Program-made: the position numbers and the translations under genes
In this document: positions 7,599 through 15,335 of the stretch, one piece after another
Layout: each line of letters opens with the position of its first letter
Position numbering within the stretch: the stretch's first letter is position 1
The notes under the pieces: model-generated
Seen by the model: the letters and a program-made list of their open reading frames with translations, nothing else
Database searches by the model: none
Told to the model about the DNA's origin: nothing
NCBI GenBank assembly: GCA_038046605.1
Contig: JBBSVW010000023.1
Coordinates: 53,870-74,711, forward strand
Direction: 5' to 3'
Length of the DNA stretch: 20,842 bases
Source: Candidatus Micrarchaeota archaeon
Lineage (GTDB): Archaea; Micrarchaeota; Micrarchaeia; Norongarragalinales; SBBD01

Positions 7599-9090
7599 AA
7601 ATTATTCTTATTGTTCCAATATTGGCGTTAACTTCTATGAGATCCCCATCTTTTAGGATTTTGGTAGCAAATTTTGTTTGGAGCACCGTAGGTGTTTTGA
7701 ACTCCCTTGCAACCGTAGCCGCATGGGATATAAGGCCGCCCATATCCGCCACAATTGCGGCAGCGAGCTTCAAGTATTGTGTGAGCTCAGTAGAAATATC
7801 GTGAGATACCAAAATATCGCCCTTGCGGAACTTATGATGGTCTTTTTGAGAACGAATTATTCTTACAATTCCGATTACTTTTCCGGGATAAACTGCAAGG
7901 CCCCTTAATTCTTGGTTTTGAGCTATCACTTCCTTGCGGATTAGCTTTTTTGCCATTAAGTATGCGCTTTTTCCCGAATAGATGGTTATTTCCCCATTTA
8001 CCATAAGGACTGCTCGCTCACGCATCCTTTTCAGCATCATATTCCTATCTGCCTTCCTTTTTTTCTTGAGCAGGTAGGCAATTTCATCTGGCACAAGGTA
8101 TTGCACCTCAAGCCAGGTAAGCCCCAGCCGTTTTCCAATTTCAGTCATTAAGGGGCGCATTAGGAAAAGTGCATTCACCATGATTTCCTTCGTATGGTCA
8201 AGCACAATTGCCATTTGCTGCATTGCTTGGACCAGCGCTTTAAATTTTCCATTTGGATGCTTCAAGAAAAAGCGCTTTTGTTCGTTTAGGACCGCCCTTA
8301 ACATTGCCTTTGGAGATTTGGATAACCCCACCATGCCTTCAAAATTTGCCATCCTCTTTCTTAGTTGCAAACGGTAATCGTTTACTACCCATGGATCCAT
8401 CATATATTCCATATGGAACCAGCCGCATTCCTTTTCGAGTCGATGTAGCCCATCGATTGCGTTCTTTGAGGAGATGAAACGGTCAAACTCCCTAGTTGCG
8501 GGCTTTCTTTTTGAAAAATGGCCGATGAATTCGGATTCAATTTCCCAAAATAACTGCTCCTCCTTTTGGGGCAGGCTCTGGCGGGGCGGAACAAGAAGCA
8601 TTGAGGAAAATTTCAATAGGCTTTGGGGGTCAGCACGTTCTTTACGGCTAAGCGTTTTTTCCAATTCTTGGTTGAAATAGTCTTTCATGTTTTGGGCAAT
8701 CAACCCAAAAATCATGGGTGGGTGGTTCAGGAAGGCACGGCGGTATGCAAACTCGAGTTCGTAAATAAGCTGCGCATTCGAAACGCCCCGGTACGATTTA
8801 TTTAGCCTTTTTTGAAGTTCGGCAAATGGTTTTTGATAGAAAGCAATCAAATTCTTGAAAAATCCCTCCGAATATCTACCTTTTTCAAATTCCCGCAATT
8901 GTATTTTGAGAAGTTTACCAAATTCGTCCTCCCTTAGGCAAAAGGCGGCCAATTCTCCCCTAGCATGGGTGAAAAAATTATGGAATTTGACATCAGTACC
9001 TGGCATCTGCTCATTCATAACAAATGCCGCGCCATAATTCGAAAAAAGCGGCTTGTTGCGGGAGCCTATATCAAAATACTTGGCAGCCAT
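7588..9090 (-). CDS. Second PEP-utilising mobile (His) domain protein, convergent paralog
   Basis: C-terminal PGKVIGIVRII..GDILV..AAIVADMGGLISHAATVAREFKTP. Shared mid-region motif (GWFHMEY..DPW vs AWTTTEY..EPW); 11-bp 3' overlap. Confidence 0.85.
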   Translation of the reverse strand: MAAKYFDIGSRNKPLFSNYGAAFVMNEQMPGTDVKFHNFFTHARGELAAFCLREDEFGKLLKIQLREFEKGRYSEGFFKNLIAFYQKPFAELQKRLNKSYRGVSNAQLIYELEFAYRRAFLNHPPMIFGLIAQNMKDYFNQELEKTLSRKERADPQSLLKFSSMLLVPPRQSLPQKEEQLFWEIESEFIGHFSKRKPATREFDRFISSKNAIDGLHRLEKECGWFHMEYMMDPWVVNDYRLQLRKRMANFEGMVGLSKSPKAMLRAVLNEQKRFFLKHPNGKFKALVQAMQQMAIVLDHTKEIMVNALFLMRPLMTEIGKRLGLTWLEVQYLVPDEIAYLLKKKRKADRNMMLKRMRERAVLMVNGEITIYSGKSAYLMAKKLIRKEVIAQNQELRGLAVYPGKVIGIVRIIRSQKDHHKFRKGDILVSHDISTELTQYLKLAAAIVADMGGLISHAATVAREFKTPTVLQTKFATKILKDGDLIEVNANIGTIRIISKG

Positions 9091-9279
9091 AAAGGATCAA
9101 TAATGAATAAATTAGGAGCGTATTTAAGCTTATTTTTCCTAATAGCTTAGCTCTTGGTTCTAATAGCTATGGTTAGTATCAATATGCTTGCCAAAGTGAT
9201 TGATGGGAATTGGAGATAGGATTTTAAGAGCAAGGATTAATTCTTCTTTGCAAATGAACTTAATTGCTAAAGTGGTAAT

Positions 9280-9810
9280 ATGGAACTCCTCCCGATCTCA
9301 AAATCAACCGCAGACGCGCTTACGAAGAACGCATCCAGCCTCCTTAAGCAGGTGGAAAAGAAGGGCGAAGTCAAAATCAAGCTCAATAGCGATGGAAATT
9401 TGGAGCTTGACGGGGAGAGTGGCAACATCTGGGCAGCTGAGCAGGTGATCCGTGCGCTTAATTTTGGCTTTTTGCCACAGCAGGCTTTTAAACTTTTCAG
9501 CGATAACTACTTCCTCGAAATCATAGACCTAGCCCTTGTGCTCTCAAACCAAAAGGCAGTTGATAGATACAAGGGGCGCATAATTGGCGCAGGTGGGAAG
9601 GCAAAGGCAACGCTTACAGAGATCACCGGCGCCTACCTTGCCATTTCGGGCAACAAGGTTGCGGTCCTTGGGGAGTACGATGATTTGCAGCTTGCAAAAG
9701 AGGGGATTTTGCGCCTTTTGGAAGGCTCGCCGCATACGGGAGTATACAATTATCTGGAAAAGAAGAATAGGGAAAGGAAGTACAACATGAAGGGAATTGA
9801 ACGAAAGTGA
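9280..9810 (+). CDS. KH-domain RNA-binding ribosome biogenesis protein (Dim2/Pno1/Krr1 family)
   Basis: IRALNFGF.P..AFKL, RYKGRIIGAGGKAK (KH GxxG), LLEGSPHTGVYNYLE; upstream of top6B as in the conserved archaeal cluster. Confidence 0.9.
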   Translation: MELLPISKSTADALTKNASSLLKQVEKKGEVKIKLNSDGNLELDGESGNIWAAEQVIRALNFGFLPQQAFKLFSDNYFLEIIDLALVLSNQKAVDRYKGRIIGAGGKAKATLTEITGAYLAISGNKVAVLGEYDDLQLAKEGILRLLEGSPHTGVYNYLEKKNRERKYNMKGIERK

Positions 9811-9824
9811 AGGAATTTTATTCA

Positions 9825-9940
9825 TAAATAGGAAGGGGAGAGGCGACACGAGTGGGGAACGCTTCCAGAACCTTCGAGGTTCTGGGCGTGCTAAGAACCC
9901 TCGGGGTTCTGACGCAACGTAGTTGCCCCATAGGTGTCGA
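9825..9940 (+). mobile_element. Hairpin element E2 (homolog of E1 with an expanded two-hairpin apical insert)
   Basis: TAAATAGGAAGGGGAGAGGCGACACGAGT-GGGG...CCCC-ATAGGTG-TCGA. Inner hairpins CCAGAACCT/AGGTTCTGG and AGAACCC/GGGTTCT. Confidence 0.55.
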
Positions 9941-9987
9941 AGATTCGGGAAAGGAAGTACAACATGAAGGGAATTGAGCGCAAGTAA
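9939..9987 (+). repeat. Diverged second copy of the KH gene 3' end (direct repeat of 9762-9810)
   Basis: 44/49 identical with a 31-bp perfect core (9947-9977 = 9770-9800). Encodes KIRERKYNMKGIERK* vs KNRERKYNMKGIERK*. Confidence 0.95.
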
Positions 9988-10089
9988 TTTGTGAAAAAAC
10001 GGAAATAAAAAAAGGAAGGAATTAAGAACAACTAGTATACTCATCAAAACCTGCAAAAATTAGTCATAAAGCATTAGTGGTTTTACCAA

Positions 10090-12000
10090 ATGGTTCAAAA
10101 CAAGCCAGACCCCAGGGAAATGGCAAGGAATGCAATGAAGCTAGCGGTCACCAAATCCGACCAGAAAAGGGATGCAGATAAGGCATCACAAACAAAGCCC
10201 GTAAGCAGCAGTGCTGGCACTCAGGGCGCTGCCGCAGCAATAAAATTGGATACTGGATCGACCCCAAAAGGAGCAGCTGGCGTTAGCAAGGAGCAATCAT
10301 TTGAGGAACTAGAGCACCAGCTTGCAAAGGATTACAAGGAGTATTCCGTTGCTGAATTCTTCAAGAAGAACAGGCAAATGCTGGGCTATTCCGGAAAAGT
10401 CCGCTCATTAACAACAATCATCCATGAATATGTAACAAATTCCGTTGACTCCGCGGAGGATGCAAAAATATTGCCCGACATCAAGGTGGAAATCCAAGAG
10501 CTTAACGACCACCTGAAGGTAATTGTCGAAGATAATGGGACTGGAATCCCAAGGTCCAAGGTTGGAAACGCGCTTGGAGAATTGCTTTCTGGAACAAAAT
10601 TCCACCAAAGGAGGCAAAGGAGGGGCCAGCAAGGAATTGGGGCAAAGGGCGCAACGCTTTTTGCGCAGATCACTACCGGTAAGCCGACAAAAGTCAAAAC
10701 CAGCATTGGCAACTACAAAATTTTTGAGTGCGAAATCTCAATTGATGTCAAGAAGAATTCGCCCATAATCACTAATGAAAGGGAATATAGCGGAAATTAC
10801 CGCGGAACGCGCATAGAGGCCGAATTTGCGGAGGTCACATACAACAGATCCGAATATTCGGTGTACGAGTATTTGAGGATGACGGCTATAGCAAATCCGC
10901 ATGTGCAAATAACACTTATTGAGCCAACCAAGGAAATAATCGTCTTCCCAAGGGCTAGCACCAAAATACCGCCCAAGGCGAAGGATTCCCTCCCACATCC
11001 GCTAGGAATTTCAACATCGGATCTAATGGATATGGCGCTTATTTCCCCAAATCGGAAGATTTCATCCTTCCTTCAGCAGGAATTCACTAGGGTTAGCTCG
11101 GATAAAACAAAGGAGTTGGAAACGCTTGTGAATGCAGGAATCGAGCCGCAGATAACGATTTCGGGGCATAAAGAGCCAAACCCAGAATACCTGGATTTTG
11201 GAAGGCAGCCGGGCACCATGCAATGGCCCCAAGCCGAGCGCATTGTTGCAGCGTTCCAGAAAGTCAAATGGATAGCTCCGGAAACAGATGTTTTGATCCC
11301 AATTGGAGAAGAGCAATTGCAAAAGAGCCTAAAGAACCTGCTCAATCCCGAAACCATGAAAATTGTTGTGCGAAAGCCGCACGTGTTTAGGGGAGGCATT
11401 CCATTCATGGTGGAGGCTGCAATCGCATATGGAGGGAAAGCCGGTGGGGAAGCATCGGCAGCGCAAGCAAAGTCAACTGAAAAAGCGCCCGGTTTGCAGA
11501 GGGTTGGGGAGGTATTGAGGTATGCAAATTCCGTTCCATTGCTATTTGATGCCGGTAGCTGCGCAACCATGGAAGCCGTAAAGAGCATTGATTGGGCAAG
11601 GTATGATTTGCGCAAATGGGAGGAGATGCCAGTTTCTATTTTCATCAATTTCGTTTCCGTCTATGTGCCATACACCGGCGCTGGAAAACTCGCGATTTCA
11701 CAGGAGGAGGAGATCATTGAGGAGATTAGATCCGCGCTCATGGAATGCGCGAGGGATATTTCAATGTACCTCCATTCGCTGCAAAGGGTGGAGGACCAGG
11801 AGAGGCGAAGGCAGATATTCTTCCGATACATCGGGGAGGTTGCTGAGGCGCTCCACGATATCAAGGGAACAGTTGAAAAAGTCAAGATACAAGAAAAGCT
11901 CCGGAAAATTGCGGAGGAGCGCACTAAAATTGCTGAGCAGGAAGAGGAATTGGAGGAAATTGGCGTAGATGAGGATATGAAGAAGGAAGAGGGGGAGTAA
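10090..12000 (+). CDS. top6B: DNA topoisomerase VI subunit B
   Basis: SVAEFFKKNRQMLGY, GHKL motifs EYVTNSVD, DNGTGI, GTKF..QRRGQQGIG; transducer RYANSVPLLF. Confidence 0.97.
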   Translation: MVQNKPDPREMARNAMKLAVTKSDQKRDADKASQTKPVSSSAGTQGAAAAIKLDTGSTPKGAAGVSKEQSFEELEHQLAKDYKEYSVAEFFKKNRQMLGYSGKVRSLTTIIHEYVTNSVDSAEDAKILPDIKVEIQELNDHLKVIVEDNGTGIPRSKVGNALGELLSGTKFHQRRQRRGQQGIGAKGATLFAQITTGKPTKVKTSIGNYKIFECEISIDVKKNSPIITNEREYSGNYRGTRIEAEFAEVTYNRSEYSVYEYLRMTAIANPHVQITLIEPTKEIIVFPRASTKIPPKAKDSLPHPLGISTSDLMDMALISPNRKISSFLQQEFTRVSSDKTKELETLVNAGIEPQITISGHKEPNPEYLDFGRQPGTMQWPQAERIVAAFQKVKWIAPETDVLIPIGEEQLQKSLKNLLNPETMKIVVRKPHVFRGGIPFMVEAAIAYGGKAGGEASAAQAKSTEKAPGLQRVGEVLRYANSVPLLFDAGSCATMEAVKSIDWARYDLRKWEEMPVSIFINFVSVYVPYTGAGKLAISQEEEIIEEIRSALMECARDISMYLHSLQRVEDQERRRQIFFRYIGEVAEALHDIKGTVEKVKIQEKLRKIAEERTKIAEQEEELEEIGVDEDMKKEEGE

Positions 12001-12080
12001 TAGAATTGGCAAGGATCGGTAAAATCGGAAAATGAATTTCAGGGAGATCATCAAATTCGAAATAAATAGGTAACAATTAT

Positions 12081-13217
12081 ATGGCAGAAAAGAAGGACAT
12101 CGGCGGAATGGCAAAGCGCGAGAAGAATCGCGGGGAGATACTGGTTAGGATTGGCAAGTTCGCAGATGATCTTGTTGATGAAATTGAAAAGGGCGACAAT
12201 CCGCATATCGATATTCCGGTCCGGGGGAGCAGCAATGTGGCTTTTGATGAGAAGAACAAGAAAATCGTCCTTGGAAGCAAGGTTGCAAAGAGGTATTTGT
12301 TCAATGTTTCACATGCCAGAAGGTTCATGCAAACTATGCTTGTTGCAAGCTATGTGAAAAAAGACCTTTTGGAAAACAATTTGACGGCAACGCTCCGGGA
12401 CCTTTATTATGCCAAGAAAAGGACGATCCATGGCACAAAGGAGGATACGATTGATGAGCAAAAGGAATCCGACCTTGCAATTGTGGATTTTGAAGTGGCC
12501 CTTGATACATTCAGGGAAATGCTGCACCTGCGTGCCGAGCCTAAGGGCAGGATGGCTGGCATGATGACAATTAAGGATTATGTGCGCGAAAGGGAATCGC
12601 TTATCGATCTTAGCAAGCTTGGATCCGGCGGGCTTGCAGTCCCCTCTATTGTCGAGCAAATCGAATTTGTGGATTATGATTTGGATTATGTGCTGGTTGC
12701 AGAGAAGAATGCCATCTTCGATAGGCTCAATGAGGACGAGTATTGGAAGAAGAATAAATGCCTATTGTTGACAACCGCAGGGCAGGCGGCAAGAGGGGCA
12801 CGCAGATTATTGCAAAGGCTAAGCACGGAATTGAAACTACCAATTTTTTGTCTCACAGATGCAGACCCGTACGGGTGGTACATCTATTCAACAATGAAAT
12901 ACGGAAGCATGGCACTTGCGCACGAATCCGAAAGGCTGGGATGCAAAGAGATGAAGTTCCTTGGGATGAGCATTTCGGATATCGAGCACTATGATTTGAA
13001 GGCGGTCACAATCAAGGCAAAGGAAGTCGACATAAAGCGCGCAACTGAAATGAAGGCGTACGATTGGTTCAAGGCAAAGGAATGGCAAAAGGAGATCGAC
13101 AAATTCCTGGATAAGAAAATAAAGGCCGAAATCCAGTCCCTTAGCTCTAAGAACCTGCAATACATCTCAAACACTTATTTGCCGGAAAAGATTAAGAATC
13201 AAGACTTTTTGCCGTAA
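12081..13217 (+). CDS. top6A: DNA topoisomerase VI subunit A (Spo11 family)
   Basis: TLRDLYY (catalytic Tyr), TOPRIM VAEK and TDADPYG, KAEIQSL. Confidence 0.97.
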   Translation: MAEKKDIGGMAKREKNRGEILVRIGKFADDLVDEIEKGDNPHIDIPVRGSSNVAFDEKNKKIVLGSKVAKRYLFNVSHARRFMQTMLVASYVKKDLLENNLTATLRDLYYAKKRTIHGTKEDTIDEQKESDLAIVDFEVALDTFREMLHLRAEPKGRMAGMMTIKDYVRERESLIDLSKLGSGGLAVPSIVEQIEFVDYDLDYVLVAEKNAIFDRLNEDEYWKKNKCLLLTTAGQAARGARRLLQRLSTELKLPIFCLTDADPYGWYIYSTMKYGSMALAHESERLGCKEMKFLGMSISDIEHYDLKAVTIKAKEVDIKRATEMKAYDWFKAKEWQKEIDKFLDKKIKAEIQSLSSKNLQYISNTYLPEKIKNQDFLP

Positions 13218-13332
13218 TAAGTTAGCTGTAAGCGGGCACAGGCAAATATCTTTTTCCACCCAATACAACCGCTATCACTTTCATCCCCATCCCCTTAAAA
13301 TTCCACATATCATTATTCCTAGAGGTGGTTTT

Positions 13333-13611
13333 ATGGCTAGCAAAAAGAAATTACTGGTAATGAACAGTTTGGACCTTGTTTCAACAGGTCAGTTCAGCGC
13401 GGCAGTAATGGCAGTAACCGGCTTTTTTCTGGGGCTATTCCTTGGACTCGCAACCGCGATTTCAAATCCACTCGTTGGCGTGATGATGATAATTGGCATC
13501 CCCATTTTTTATGGAATATTGGGATTCATATCGGGCTTATTGACCGGCCTTGTTTACAATTTATATGCAGCAAGGTTTGGCGGCATCAAATACGAAGTAA
13601 CCGAACTGTAA
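13333..13611 (+). CDS. Small membrane protein (DUF3566-like)
   Basis: GAGGTG RBS; hydrophobic helices; C-terminal YNLYAARFGGIKYE pattern. Confidence 0.7.
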   Translation: MASKKKLLVMNSLDLVSTGQFSAAVMAVTGFFLGLFLGLATAISNPLVGVMMIIGIPIFYGILGFISGLLTGLVYNLYAARFGGIKYEVTEL

Positions 13612-13618
13612 ATTCTTA

Positions 13619-14206
13619 TTAGACGCCAAGCCCGGCCCGAACAAAGCTCACGGCAACCGCAATCAGCAAAAGGCCCATCACTCTCGAGCTTATTTCGACG
13701 ATGTTTTGGCCAAATAGCTTCAATAGCTTTTGCGAATTGAGGAGGATTATCCAGTTTGCAAACAGCGCGGCGCCGGCGGCAACCAGGGTAAGCAGGATGC
13801 CATCGGAGGCCGCAAGCACTATCACGCTCGTAATGACCCCCGGGCCGGTGATGAGGGGAACGCCGATGATGGTCGCCGCAACGTGGTAATCCTTCGTTGC
13901 TTTTTCCTTCTTCTCCCAGCCGAAAACCAGTTGTGCGCCCAGGATGAGAAGCACTCCGCCGCCGGCGATCTTGAAATCCGAGAGGCTGATGCCGAAAAAA
14001 TGCAAAATAGTGTTTCCGAAAAACAGGAAAAGCAAAACTACGCCGGTGGCGACCATGAGCGCCTGGTTCGCGGCCTTGATGCGGTCCCCGGATTTGAATT
14101 TTGCGGTCAATGAGAGGAAGACCGGAATGCTCGCAAACGGGTCCATGATGGCGAACAGCAGCACGAACGCCTGCAGGAACGGCCCAACGGGAAAGGATTC
14201 GAACAT
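13619..14206 (-). CDS. MarC-family integral membrane protein
   Basis: LFAIMDPFASIPVF, FKIAGG, PLITGPG, RVMGLLL. Confidence 0.92.
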   Translation of the reverse strand: MFESFPVGPFLQAFVLLFAIMDPFASIPVFLSLTAKFKSGDRIKAANQALMVATGVVLLFLFFGNTILHFFGISLSDFKIAGGGVLLILGAQLVFGWEKKEKATKDYHVAATIIGVPLITGPGVITSVIVLAASDGILLTLVAAGAALFANWIILLNSQKLLKLFGQNIVEISSRVMGLLLIAVAVSFVRAGLGV

Positions 14207-14262
14207 GGAAGGGGTATACTCCGCATCTTAAAAATTATATCGCTTTTATTTTTGGGGGGAAA

Positions 14263-15156
14263 ATGGGAAAAACGCAGCAGCTATTTGACAGGAATTTGGG
14301 GAAGTTCGGTAAGATAGCGGAGGAAAGGGCAATAATTGCACTGCAGGACGATGCGAAACTTGATATTACAACTAAAGCGCTAGGCTTGGCGGGGAAGGCG
14401 CACGCATCAATAATCGCCGAAGAAGCCGGCGTATTATGCGGTTTGCTTGAGGCGAAGGCGGTTCTGGATGGATTGAGGCTGAAGGCTAATTTTCGCGAGG
14501 GGGGCAAATTCCTGAAAGGAGACGCGATATTGGAGATTGAGGGGAATATCGCCGAAATTCTCAAACGGGAGAGGACGGCGCTCAATTATTTGCAAGTGCT
14601 AAGCGGGATTGCAACGGAAACCCGGAAATTGGCGGAAAGGATTGGAATCGGGAGGGTGGCTGCCATCAGAAAAAACCATCCCCTGCTCACAGAATCCGAA
14701 AAAAGGGCGGTGCAAATGGGAGGGGGGCTCACTCACCGAATCAATCTATCGGATGGCTACCTCATCAAGAACACGCATTTGGAATGGCTTGGGAAAAAGG
14801 AGGGGCTAAGTGAAAGGGAAGCGGTAGGGGTTGCTGTGGAAAAGGCGCTTGCGTACCGTAAAAAATCCAAACATAAATATTTTGTCGAGGTGGAAATAAT
14901 GAGTTTGCAAGAAGCGCTTGCGGCTGCGCAAACAAAGGCGGATGCAGTTTTGGTGGACAATCAGAATCCAGTTCATTTTGCACAAATCGCCTCCGCAATC
15001 AGGAAAATCAACCGAAAAATCATAATCGAGGCGAGCGGAGGCATAACTCCGGGGAATGCGAAAGCATATTTGAAGGCGGGGGCGGATTTTGTTAGCATGA
15101 GCTATTTGGTTATGCGAAGCAGGCCAATTGGTATGCATTTAAGGCTTATTTATTGA
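14263..15156 (+). CDS. nadC: Quinolinate phosphoribosyltransferase (nicotinate-nucleotide pyrophosphorylase)
   Basis: DITT, ERTALNYLQ.LSGIAT, RK, HR..L.D..LIK, EVE, LVDN, EASGGIT. Confidence 0.88.
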   Translation: MGKTQQLFDRNLGKFGKIAEERAIIALQDDAKLDITTKALGLAGKAHASIIAEEAGVLCGLLEAKAVLDGLRLKANFREGGKFLKGDAILEIEGNIAEILKRERTALNYLQVLSGIATETRKLAERIGIGRVAAIRKNHPLLTESEKRAVQMGGGLTHRINLSDGYLIKNTHLEWLGKKEGLSEREAVGVAVEKALAYRKKSKHKYFVEVEIMSLQEALAAAQTKADAVLVDNQNPVHFAQIASAIRKINRKIIIEASGGITPGNAKAYLKAGADFVSMSYLVMRSRPIGMHLRLIY

Positions 15157-15188
15157 AGGACTTATTTTATTTTTAAAAAAGGAAACAA

Positions 15189-15335
15189 TCATCCATCCAG
15201 CATCTTTGCTAGCTGCTTGCTCCAGACCTTGTTTGGGGTGCGCCGAACCCACGCGGCGTATTGCCTGATGAAATCCAGCCTTTCCTTGGAATTTTGCCTT
15301 TTCGCCTTTGCAAGTTCCTTTAAAGAGATTTTCAT
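15189..15335 (-). CDS. Unannotated 48-aa basic helical protein coupled to the nucleotidyltransferase gene
   Basis: MKISLKELAKAKRQNSKERLDFIRQYAAWVRRTPNKVWSKQLAKMLDG*. Its ATG overlaps the upstream TGA (ATGA, 15332-15335). Confidence 0.7.
   Translation of the reverse strand: MKISLKELAKAKRQNSKERLDFIRQYAAWVRRTPNKVWSKQLAKMLDG

Noticed and set aside
9139-9168. Short direct repeat CTAATAGCT x2
   Set aside because: Only 9 bp in an AT-rich spacer; could be an operator but is unsupported.
5357-9940. CRISPR repeat-spacer units
   Set aside because: Only two isolated copies 4.4 kb apart, of unequal length; no array and no cas genes.
9840-9940. Hammerhead or HDV-like ribozyme
   Set aside because: No CUGANGA/GAAA core and no room for the HDV nested pseudoknot on either strand, by eye.
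9762-9987. DGR template/variable repeat pair
   Set aside because: Four of five mismatches are at A, but the A-bearing copy is the in-gene one (opposite to TR/VR polarity). Changes are mostly silent, the truD pair shows no adenine bias, and no RT is present.
9544-10056. 170-aa minus-strand ORF with repeated NSLHVVLPFP
   Set aside because: Antisense shadow; the peptide repeat simply reflects the 49-bp DNA duplication.
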